Below are positions 52,263-63,700 of a DNA stretch of 64,000 nt, piece by piece. The notes beneath the pieces are model-generated. The model made no database searches and was not told where the DNA came from. It saw only the letters and a program-made list of their open reading frames with translations. This stretch comes from Raillietiella orientalis (Eukaryota). The DNA lies in contig JAYWIR010000035.1 of assembly GCA_036172245.1 (NCBI GenBank), forward strand, positions 1,178,001 through 1,242,000. Reading direction: 5' to 3'. Within the stretch, counting starts at the first letter, position 1, and every line of letters begins with the position of its first letter. The translations under genes were made by a program, and so were the position numbers.

Positions 52263-53473
52263 ATCTTGGTATGCTTTCGTCATACGTAAGAGATGTTGAT
52301 GCGTGTGATGCGTGTAGCTCTTTCAACCATGAAATTGGTGTTGTCAATTAGGAACTACGTATCGTGTAGAATCTTAACTGAGAAGTCTCACTTGATTTGA
52401 GCTGTTGATTTTGGCTTTCGTCTTGCAGTTTCTCCCATCAAAAATTATTTGTATAGGTCATTGTTTACATATGCTGGCTACAGATGTTGCATCTGTATTA
52501 TTCCCCCTAGAACATTCAAAAAAATGTTTAGAATTTTGTACAAGATACATTTCTTTGTTACTGGCCAAATTTGATCGAACCGTTTGATACTGAAATTACA
52601 GAAGAATTTACACTGTAAGTAATATTTTTCAAGAAGAAGGTTGCACAAATAATACAGTGTAGTTTGTTAGAGAAGCAGCCACAAGGCAGTATTTAGTGAC
52701 ATAATAGTTAGCATTGAGCTGTATCGATTGCTGTTTCTCCCTAATCTGTATTCTTAGAAATAAAAAAAATTAATTAAAAACGTATTGTTTGGAAATATGT
52801 GACAATTTTATGGCATGGACTTATTTTGGTTCACAGGTTCTTGCAATAACCTGTGGAGTTGCAAGTGCCTTTTTGGGAATAGCGCCCATATTGACAAAAT
52901 TGTTCCAAAATATACTTTAATTCACTTCTGAATCAGTCATTGTGGACTTTTGTGAGTTGTTGAACAAGATTCGTGATGTGTTTGAGTTTTTCAAGTATGA
53001 TTATAATCATTTATTTCGGGTTTTACCAAATTCTCCCTCTGAAATGCAACAAGGTTGCATAAACACTTTCAAGGAGTATTAATGTTTTTTTTAGAACTAA
53101 GAGGATTGATGTTTTCTAACACTTACTACTGAACTTATATTTCAGCACAGTGTTTATTGGGTGTATGAACGGATTTCCATAATGACTCATCTTCAGTCAA
53201 ATTGTTTCTCAGTTAAAAGCGGGTTCAAGAATATCAACCAATGCATTTAGAAAGTGCATTTCAAATTGTGCTATGACTAACTTATAAAAATAGAAGGTTA
53301 CACATTGATGAATTTATTGTTGTTGAATTCTATTTCATGAAGTGTTCTTCAAGCTTTGCCTAAATCTCAGTTTATACTGATATTGTGTCTTATCAGTAGC
53401 AGATTCAATTGATTTCAATTCCTCTGATGGATTAAAATTTTGCGCGAAGGAACTGGATGATTAATTGACCAAC

Positions 53474-56400
53474 ATGCATATATCAACTGAATTTGTGTCT
53501 CCCCAAGTGTTCAAATCTTTACAGAAAATGGATGTTTCATTTTTATCTCAGTGTTCCATTCAGGAATTATATCCAATTTTACCTTGCTTGGTACGAATGA
53601 GTCTGATTCCTCCTCTGGATGAATCTACAGAATTTTTGAAAGTAAAGAAGTTGATCTTGAAAATTTTGTCAGATATTGAGACAGTGAATGCCTTAGTTGC
53701 TTTGCTGACTGTTGATTTCCATGCTTTGGAAATGGATGCCAAGAAGGAACTTCAGATGAGGTGAGACTTTCCTTCGTCAAATAGTAAAACTAGTAGCATA
53801 ATACTAGGCAGAAAACTGGGAACAATAACCAAACAGAAAGTCCTTTGATTCAAGCTTTGCCAGCTGGTATTGCTCTTGAATTTGAGCGTAGTGATCCAAC
53901 CCGTAAGCTGCGCCTGGTACTAAGCGAGCTTTGCTTTATCTCTTCTCAAGTAAATATTCATATTAACTGAAATAGAGTATAATGGTTTTTCAGATGACAA
54001 CAGTGCCTTCAGGAGAATATTTTGTGAAGCATTCTGAGCTATTGGACAGTGAAGTGTATCTTCAAGAAGTATCTGATGTGTTATGTGTTGCCATGTTGGA
54101 ACTCCCAGATGTATTGCAGCTGACTGATCTTGCAGAAACTTTGCTTCATGTCAAGTATGGAAGCTGGCTGTTGTGTCGCTTGGTGGCCAATTCTCCAGAC
54201 AGCTTCATGGAAGGTGAAGGACATATGCAGATTATTTATTTCGCCTTATTTTTGTAGTTTGTTCGATTCTAATTCTGAAAGGAGAAAAACAGGATGAAGA
54301 GTCAACAGAGGGAAAAGTACGAATGCAGGCTATAAGAAGATTATGTCAAATGAATCCACAGGATGCTCTAGCAATTCGTAGTCTTTGTGTGAGTAGCCCA
54401 TTCACTTCAACAAATGCATTTTTGTTTCCCCCTCTCCAGATAGAAAACTGCCATATGCCTGGGCTTGCTGTATTTTTGACTCTTGATCACATGAATCTAG
54501 AAGGAAATTTAGGATCAAGAGATCTGGTCTCTTTTGTATCAGGTTTACTTCTTGGAAGTGATTCCAATGTTCGGGCTTGGTTCTCTCAGTTTGTCAAGAA
54601 TGGTCAGAAGGTAGACAACATTGTTTGTAATTTACCGTGACCTGAATATTTAGAAATCCAAAGACTCTGGAGAATCAGCCCTGAAAGCCTTAAGAGATCA
54701 CTTGATTCAATATGTCAAGCACTTACTTCAAGATGCTCCTGCAAATCAGAAGCTCATTGAGATGTCTGCAGTTGTTCGTTTGTATTGTGCTCTAAAGGGA
54801 ATAGCAGGCCTCAAGTAAGGGGATGTTTTTTGTTTTGAGATCCTTATTTGTAGTTGTTATATAGGTTTCATGAAGAAGAGATCAGTCTGTTAGTTCAACT
54901 GATCACCTTGCGTCCTTTGTCATCAGGAGCTGCTGCTCGTTTTGTCTCCCTAGGTCTTTGTACTCTTGTGGCATGTCCTTCATTGATTCAAAATGGAGAG
55001 CAAGAAAAATGTTGTCTAGGATGGATTCACTGGCTTATCGAATCTTCTGCTGAGTAAAATGGTCATTACCAGAATCAAATAAATCTAAGGATAGTTTATT
55101 GCAGGCTTCATTTGGTGAAATGTTGCTGCTAATGGCCATCCATTTTCATAGCAATCAGTTGGCAGCTATCTGTGACCTTATCTGCTCAACTCTGGGCATG
55201 AAGATACCCATCAAACATACTAATATGAATACCATGAAGTTATTGTTTACACAGGAACTCTTCCCAGAACAGGTGGTCACAGCTCATGCTGTCAAAGTGC
55301 CTGTGACTCAGGCACTCAGTGCTAACATAAAAGGGTTTTTGCCTATTCACTGCATCCATCAACTCCTCAAATCACGTGCTTTTACCAAGTACAGAGTACC
55401 AATCAAGGATTGGATTTATAGGTAAGGACTGCTTTCTGGAATGTGAACTAACTTAGAGAACTTGTAGGCAAATTAGCCAGGCATGCATACCATTACATCC
55501 TGTGTTGCCTCCTCTAATTGAAGTTTATGTGGCTTCCATGCTCAGTCCACCTACAAAAGGTGCTTGGGGGCATACTAATCAACCTCTTTCTGAAGAGGAG
55601 ATCTTATCTTTTTTTACCCCAAGTCCCTTTAGCAGTGAACCTAACACAGTATGTGTACAGCTCCTGCTTTTATATTACGTTTTGTTGTATGAAGACTTGA
55701 GGTTGGCTAATATGAAGGTCATCACTAGCAGTAATCGCCAAGTAAAGAAGTATTCAGCTTCCTTTTTTTCTCATTTGCCAATTGAGTATCTGCTGAAACA
55801 AGCCCAACGAGAACAGGGTCAATATACTGGTACATTAGCAGCTAGAGCTTGGTCATGGGTTAGGTTTGTTTCCTCCTCTGCTTAGGTTGCTCGTTACTCA
55901 TTTCCCCCAACTCTGCATGGTGGTGGATTCCATAGATCAGGAACTTAGTCCAGAGCGTCAGCTTCATCACCTACCTATCACTATGGACACAATTCAGAGC
56001 GCCTTTTCAAAATTACATACATGTCCCTCACATTTACTTTGTTTGCTCCAGGATGCTCATAGTTTGTCTATTGATGAATTGTGGCATTTTGCTGAAGCCT
56101 TTGTGTGTAGAAGTCGTCAGCTACTTGAGTCAACAGTGCCACGTGCCATACAAGGTATATGTTCCATTTACTTGCATTATTCACCTTTGTCTCAGAGGTG
56201 TTTCGCTCCCTTTGGATGAAACTGAACGTTGTATTTCCCCGCAAATTATGGATTTTCACACTGATTGCATTAGGAAGTGATCCTTCACATCCAAATTTGA
56301 CTCAAGAAGATATCATTCAAGATCCATTATCTGTTTTAAATTGTGATAGACGTGTTTTTCGTTGTCCTCCTATTTTTGCTATTATTTTGAGGATTCTTGA

Positions 56401-57255
56401 TGCATGTTTATCAGCATCTCGAATCCATCTGTCACATCAGATTTTAGACCATCCTCTTTTGGAAAAGAGTGGACAAGTAATTTCTGATTCAGAGAGAGAA
56501 GAATTGAAAAATGCTCTAGTAGCTGCACAAGAAAGTGCTGCTGTTCAGATTTTATTGGAAATATCCCTGGCTAACAATGAAGACTTGGTAGTGTGCCCTG
56601 GTTAGAAATAACATGCCATATTCTGTTTTAGCTTCAGGAGAGCGAATTGACGAATTTGCGAGAAATCCGAGGAATGGTGTGTTCCTATTTACATCAAGTG
56701 TTTATTGCTGACCCTAATCTTGTCAAATTGGTTCATTTTCAAACGTATCCATTAGAATTACTGGCTGTCACAGTGCCCAGCATTCCATCAATTCACATTT
56801 GCATGGATTTTATACCGGAGCTCCTCAGCCAACCTGATCAGGACAAACAAATCTTTGCCATTGTTTTGTTGTCCCACTTGTGTGTACAATATGCTCTACC
56901 CAAATCATTTAGTTTAGCTCGGTTGGCTATAAACACACTAGCTACTCTTCTAGGTGGTAAGTTGTGCTGGAGCACAATATATCTTTATAAATCATCATGG
57001 TCCATAGTTCTTCCCAGCAGTCAATTAGATGGCTTCTTTCAACCCATTCTACCAGCACTAGTCAGATATTGCCGTGCTTTTCCATCACTCTGTGAAGATG
57101 TGACTAGTCTGTTGCTTCAGTTAGCTTCTATATGTATCTCAAAGGCTTCTTTGGATCCCGTGAGCTACTTCCAGGAAGAAAAGCTGCAGTCCAGTGTTAG
57201 ACAAACATTTCAAGAAATGCTAAGTGCAAGTGTTTTGACAAATAATCTGTATTAA
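53474..57255 (+). CDS. INTS2: Integrator complex subunit 2; 13 exons (53474-53760, 53808-53949, 53994-54213, 54258-54388, 54440-54610, 54654-54814, 54865-55053, 55095-55421, 55468-55829, 55864-56154, 56196-56587, 56632-56956, 57008-57255), ~1081 aa
   Basis: Manually spliced ORF fragments are colinear with INTS2 as I recall it: LPCLVRMSL, VDFHALEMDAKKE, LEFERSD, LVANSPDSF, LYCALKGIAGL, ASFGEMLLLMAIHFHSNQL, FLPIHCIHQLLKSRAFTK, REELKNALVAAQESAAVQILLEI, LHQVFIADPNLVKLVHFQ, QYALPKS. All 12 introns are GT-AG and the exon sum (3246 nt) is in frame. The intron 7 acceptor (55094) was chosen by phase. Confidence 0.96.
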
Positions 57256-57391
57256 ACATAACTGGTAACTGATTATTAGTGTCTTGTATAAAGGCATTCA
57301 AGTGGGAGCATAACTGCGAATCAACAGACCACTTTGATAAGTTATTAAAAATACACAGTCTCTTCTCAGCATAGTGTTAGGTGTGCAGGCC

Positions 57392-59062
57392 ATGATGCGG
57401 AACACAGGATTCGGTATGTTATTTGATGCATGGGATGATTTCCATGGCATTGGCAGTGACCCTTTCCAAGGAGCTGATTCACAAATTTCATGCAAATTTC
57501 TCTTCCAATCCGAAGAATTTATTGGCCCAAAATGTGTGTTCACGATTTGATCCCTTAGAAGTGTGTGTGAGTCGGCAGCATTTCCAAGATGTTCAACATG
57601 TGTTCCAACATAAGGTAATGCCTAAGTAGTGATTACATTCTTCACCCTTGGTAAAGTTGAATGTGGAAGGCAAACCTATAACCCACCAGAAAACATCAGG
57701 GAGATGTTGGATTTTTGCAGCACTCAATACAATGCGCCTACCACTTATGCAGCACCTCCACTTGGAGGAATTTGAATTTAGCCAAGCATATCTTTTCTTC
57801 TGGGATAAAGTGAGTTGATTAGTGATTATTCTAACTCACTTGGACATTAGGTGGAACGGAGTAACTATTTTTTAAATACGGTGCTGGAAAATATCATGAA
57901 TGGAGAACCTCTTGATGGGAGATTGATGGCACATTTACTGAAGGATCCTGTTCCAGATGGTGGTCAATGGTATATGCTAGTAAATTTAATTTCCAAGTAC
58001 GGACTGGTGCCCAAAAAATGCTATCCTGAATCATTTGTAACTGAAAACTCCAACAAGCTTCACGTAATCTTGGACAGCAAGGTGAGCCTGGACTCCTGGA
58101 TTAGCTCTCATGCACCAGCAGCTACGCGAGTACACAAAGACGCTTTATGAATTGTATCATGCACAAGCTTCAGAAAGTACCTTGAAACAAAAGATCGTGG
58201 ACAATATGGAAGAGGTATATCGTATTATTGCCATATGCTTGGGTGAGCCTCCAACCACATTCACCTGGGAATATGTGGATAAGAACAAGAAATATCACTG
58301 TTTGGGAGCTTTGACACCCTGCCAGTTTTATGAGGAAATAGTAAAGCCACTATACAACATCCATGACAAAGTTTGTTTGGTAAATGATCCCAGAGCCAAC
58401 AACCCATATGGCCATTTGTATACTGTGCATTGTCTTAATAACATGGTGGAAGGACAACTCGTGTTATATAATAATCAGCCAGTAGAGACACTTATAAAAA
58501 CTGCCGCAGCATCTCTAAAAGAAAAGGAAGGTGTGTGGTTTGGTTGTGAGGTATCAAAACGCTATTTTGGCAAAGCTGGCTTAGAAGATTTGAGCATGTA
58601 AATTGTTTTTATTATCATGTTAGTGTTGCTAATGTTTTCATGTCTTCCTAAATCTTAGTCATGATTACAATCTTGTATTTGGAGTAGATGTTACTTTGCC
58701 TCTAAGCAAAGCTGATCGTTTGCTGTATGGAGACTCATCTATGACTCATGCCATGGTTTTAACAGCTTTCAGTGAAGATGTAAGAAGGAAATTTATTTGA
58801 CAACCACATACCTCCTCTCCTTATTATGTATTTTTTATAGGAACTTGGTGAACCCACAAAATGGCGTGTTGAGAATTCTTGGGGAGAAGACAATGGATGC
58901 AAAGGATACTTGCTCATGACAACAGCTTGGTTTCGTGAATTCGCCTTTGAAGTTGTTGTGGATAAGCGCTTTGTGTCCTCTGACGTATTAGATGTATTTG
59001 ACCAAACTCCTGTTGTATTGCCTGCTTGGGATCCCATGGGTTCTCTAGCTGTTCAGTGCTGA
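57392..59062 (+). CDS. BLMH: Bleomycin hydrolase (C1B cysteine aminopeptidase); 7 exons (57392-57413, 57457-57614, 57657-57809, 57851-58081, 58122-58597, 58659-58779, 58841-59062), ~460 aa
   Basis: Catalytic motifs QKTSGRCWIF (Cys), SMTHAM (His) and WRVENSWG (Asn); also EFEFSQAYLFFWDK, DGGQW, VWFGC and C-terminal LPAWDPMGSLA. GT-AG introns of 40-61 nt give an in-frame 1383-nt CDS. The first mini-exon (MMRNTGF) is inferred. Confidence 0.95.
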
Positions 59063-59080
59063 ATATTATCTATACAGAAA

Positions 59081-59821
59081 TTAAAATACATGCATTTGCT
59101 GGCAGTTCTTGTGCTTACGTTTGATGCTTTGTAGATACTTCCATTTGCTGTAAAGACTTTTGCACATATTAAGAAGCCACCTACTTTGCAAAGCACCAGG
59201 AAGTAGAGTAAATTGCTGATATTGTGAGATCAGTAATTTGCGTGCTTGTTTCAAATGGCCTTGTTGCAAAAGAGCCAGTACTACATATAATTTGCAGCAA
59301 ATAATTAGTCTGGAATCTCCCCAGAACAAAGCTATTTGGAGCTGTCGGAAAGATATCCGTTTTGCCATTTGTGCCTTAAAATTTCCAACATTCTGGCTCT
59401 TGTTAATCCATAAACTTACATGATCATGCGAGTATTCTCCCAAAGATGAGTATGCACCTCCTAATGTTGACAGCCATGCCAATGTATGTTGCATTTGGAA
59501 AAACATCCAAATTTGTTGTTGCATCTTGTTATTCCTTTCAACAAATTTAATTTTCACGAGCGTGACTCCTTACCAGAAATAGTCCAAAGGTGCTTTCATG
59601 TCACACACACTTACGTGCATTTTGAGCAATTTGCTATCACAATTCCATTTTTTAACGTAAGCTTTGTGTAACTTGCATATTACTCCTAGTTTATAGCCTT
59701 CATAGCTATCGAGAAGCCTATGTAACCATTCACTTTGAATCAGGCTCAATTTCACCTTTATGGCATGTTTTCCTGCAGTATCAAGATCGAACTCCTTCTC
59801 TGTGGATGAAAATACGAACAT
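59081..59821 (-). CDS. DUF4807-like uncharacterised protein (F58A4.6-like); exons 59821-59574, 59534-59420, 59374-59081, ~218 aa; 5' end uncertain
   Basis: Spliced peptide ..PLDYFW/NNKMQ..AWLSTLGGAYSSLGEY..H/AQMAKRISFRQLQIALFWGDSRLIICCKLYVVLALLQQG matches the WLSTLGG...QL.IA...GD....C.LY pattern I recall for DUF4807. Introns are 39 and 45 nt, GT-AG. Additional upstream exons (to ~60190) are possible. Confidence 0.75.
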
Positions 59822-61939
59822 AAACTACACTACCACAGAACAGTTAACTAGACAATACCAATTAAAAATACCTCAGAAAAGAGCATAAATTGTCAAACAT
59901 ACCATGTGCATTATAGGTCGAATGTAATTCTGAAAGTAAGCTTGAAGAGCTATTCCCATTTGCACTGCTTTGTACAGATACCAACTGGGTAGAGTAGTCA
60001 TCGGTTGTTGAAAATGCATGCCACAAAATATGTGATTCGTGCATAACTTTTATAGAAAGGAATTTTGGTTCTGTATTCTCGGAAACCATCTCTAGGTTAT
60101 CCTTATGCTGGAAAAGCGCGTCAGTTTCAAACGTTCGAGAAAACCTGGTACATGTTCCAGTAATCGCAGATTTAAAAATGCATTTCACTTACTTAAATAA
60201 GCAATTATTTTCTAATCTGCATGTTTTCTTTTATTTATTTAAGTGATCATTCTAAAACATCGTATTAATAAAAAAACAAGAAAAATTTTCGATATTAAGT
60301 AAAGTTTCAAATTGTTTATGTGCACAGCAAAGAAAAAGATTCTCTTCAAAAAGAACTTCGAATATGATACATTAGATAATATTAGAAACACTTGAAATAT
60401 TGTTTTATGAATAAGTATTTGTTTATTTTTTTTTCAAAATATGCTAAATACAACTAATAACTGCATTTACTTGGAATCCGTCTGTTGCTTTTGTATGTGC
60501 TTGTAAATTAAATCAACATTAAGAAGGCATCGAAACGGTTCTAAATACATTCACAATTCTCTGTACATTTTGCAATTGAAATAAAGTCAAGCATGCAGAA
60601 GAAGAAGAACAAACTCAAGATAATAGATTCATCAACTAAAGAGTGAAAATAAAGGTGGCATAAAGGATTGGAGATATAGGTCTTCAGAAGAGAATATTAT
60701 TTCATAATTAATGCAAAAACTCCGAATATAAGGAAAAGTTTCATGTGAAATTCAATATGAGGTAAAAAATAATAAGATCGACAAAGTGATTTCTATTACA
60801 ATTTTCCAAAACAATGTGATCCTAATTTTAAAAAAAGAATTATCGATGGCTTTAGATTAGCTAACAAACAAGACCTTTCTTATGCGACTAATCAGAAATG
60901 GAACAATGATTCCGTGTGCCACACTACAGGTAGCAGATTTTTCACCTTGTGGAGAAAGATCATGAATGCAGTGTATAAATAATCATAATGTGATGCATAC
61001 AAAATTCTACCAAAAATCATTTGCTTTGTGAGCCAAAAAATGACTTCACTTGGTCAATATTCTGCCTGAGATGAAGAAATAAGACGCCACCGAAAGTGGT
61101 CTCTCGCGATGCTTCGTGGGGCAATGAAATTTATTGGATGTGTGTTCCAGCCCTCGGAAGGAGGGATGTTATGCAGTGTTGAAAAAGGAAGACCCAGTAC
61201 ACGTGAACGTCATTCCGTGCTTCTGGTGTATCGCTGGATCTTTATGGGATGGCAGTAAAAGAGAACGAATCAAGAACATCTTACAGATGTGGAGAACAAG
61301 AAACAAGAATGAGAACAATTGTCCATACACAATGAAGCAGTAAAAAAGAAAGATCAAAGGAAGATCAATTAGTGTACTCGCCATTATATGAGCAACAGTC
61401 GGCTAGAATTTGAACACACAAGGCATAACTGATAATACAGGACGAACAAAACCAGTTAATTCAGAATAAAAATGCTAGTTCTGTTGTGGATTGTTCTAAA
61501 GAGAGCCTGATAGACTTGACAGGCATTTCCCATAAAGTTTCTGAGACAACGAATAGGGAGAAGAAGCATATCAGCGAGTGCCAAGTGCCGAGAACACATA
61601 AAAAAGTTTATGATGGAACAAGGAAAACAAGGACAGTTTTTTTTTTGATGTAATGACCGAAATTCATATTTTGTTCAGGTCAGGAGCCAAGGAATAAGTA
61701 AGATTACATTCTTTAATCAATCGATGTAATGCATGAGCAAAGCTAGGACCCAGGCAAAATTGGCATGATTTTGGTGTTTGAGGAAACATTAAGAATCATG
61801 CAAGAATAAGGAGGAGAACTTACCTTTTTCATTTTCCATTTCTTAAATTCACCAAAAAGAGATCATGACTGCTCTTACAAAATTGTCAGAAAAACGGAAT
61901 TGAAACAGGGAACTGATTTCCTGTGGATTGAAAATGGCT

Positions 61940-63700
61940 AAGCTTCATTTATAAGCATGGTAGAAGGAAACGAAAATTCCAGGCAAAACCTCGAATCCAT
62001 TTGACGACTACTCAAATCGCTGAATAGTCGGGAACACGAGTGTGTTTTTCCAGTGCACGAGATTTCTTGCACCGTAATTAGTCCACTATGTTTTTGCCTT
62101 AAACATGAAATGTTAAGTAATGATGAGAGTATACTGTCCTGAAGGGGGCCAAAAAAAAAAAAAAAAAATATCGATTTCACCGTTGCTGCTGTCGTCTTCT
62201 TCTGTCAAACCTTCTGAGGAAAATGAAGAGAAGACTATTGAACCACTGTTTCTGAAATATGTGTTAAAAAATATGACTAATGACTGAGGTGATCTTTCTG
62301 TGGGATTATCGGCTGTGAATGTTCCAATCATTGCGAGTAGAAAGCGAAAAGTGAAATTTTAAAATTCACCGAACGAATTTCTGGACAGAAATCAATCAGC
62401 AATAACAGCTTTGGTTCCGCAAATCATACCATTACTTGGTGAGAAACTTGGAAGCATTCAAGTTTCTTTGACTTGTCAAGATAAGAATGCAACCCATCTT
62501 GGAAGGAACCCGGGATGGCAAAGCCACTCTGTTCCTTGATTCCAAGTCATGAAGAGCAGCAGAATGCCCAGTGTTTCTCGTCTTGCAAAGTTGCAGTCCT
62601 GTCGAGTTGGAAAGAAGTGCCATAAGGAAACGTCCAAGTTTGAAAATAATCCCTTTAGACTTTTCAAAGACGTGTTGATGCAAGTGTCACCGACAGACTG
62701 GACACTGACAGGACGCTCAAGAAATGATGGGTGTAAACGAGCACAGTTCCAGAATTCCAGGAAACGAATGAGTTGCTGAAAACCTTTTCATCACACTACG
62801 ATCTGGAGAGTCAGCTTTTCGTATCTGACCATTGAGGAGTCGGTGCTTTCACCGGGGCCACACTTATTCTTTATTTGGCTTTCGAGTCCGTTTACTCGGT
62901 CTAATGTGTGAAAGGGCGGAAGCTTTTGATTCGCAACAGAATAAGAAGGAACATTGCATCACAGTATAAATATTCTTTTTGTTTGTAGTTGCTGGCAATT
63001 ATTGCAATTATTACTCGAAGTTGCTTGCAGTGGTATTTGTTCAATACCGGAATGTATTATGTAAGCCAATTTTAGAAGAAGGAAAAAAAAAAAAAAAATT
63101 CAGAGGCAAGAAAAATCCCGGCATCTTTTGCGCTAAAAGGGTTAATGAAAATCCAGTGACGATGCTTGCACCGAATTTGCATGAATTGAGTGACCGAAGG
63201 AGATCCGTTTGTTTCGTGCTGGCCGCAGCTCTGTCCTCACTTTTCAATGTTGCAAAAAAACACCTTCTCGAATTCCCCTGATTTCTGTGGAGATGTGAAT
63301 TTGCTCCTGCGCGTTAGGTGATGGGCTGTGACACATCCGCACAATGCCTATATTTGAACGAGATGCAGTACTGAATGTGCCATCACAAAGAACTCGGGTA
63401 ATTACTATAACATAAGCATCAAATAGTTTGGGAGACTCGGACGGAAGTCGTGGTTGTAAAAAGGCAAAAAATTCAGAACAAGAGCAAGAAAAGGGAACAA
63501 GAAAATAGTACATGAAATCTGAATCTTGGATGGTCTTTTTTTGGGGATTGTTCGCCTATCACTACGGGCAAAAAGAAAAAAGTAGGGGGGAGGGAAGGGG
63601 TGCTCCACAGTCAGTTGCGATTGAAGTATTCCTGGGAGACGTGAAAATTCGGTCTTTCCATTGTACACGGAACAGTGACTTCACTGAAGCTGAGAAGGCG
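61940..63700 (-). pseudogene. Heavily decayed NACHT/STAND NTPase (NLR-like) remnant
   Basis: Motif remnants in the expected order across shifting frames: YVIVITR, IVTGFS, ILELCSFTPII, IIFKLGRF, FQVSHQVMV*FA, FTFRFLLAM. Confidence 0.4.

Noticed and set aside
53300..53430. Box C/D snoRNA or SECIS-like words (TGATGA, CTGA, ATGA..AA..GA) and an 8-bp hairpin at 53375-53398
   Set aside because: Stems are weak and no exact rRNA complement was recognised; AT-rich chance matches are likely.
57810..57850. Intron hairpin pairing the donor GTGAGTT with AACTCAC
   Set aside because: Expected from the inherent complementarity of donor and branch-point consensus sequences.
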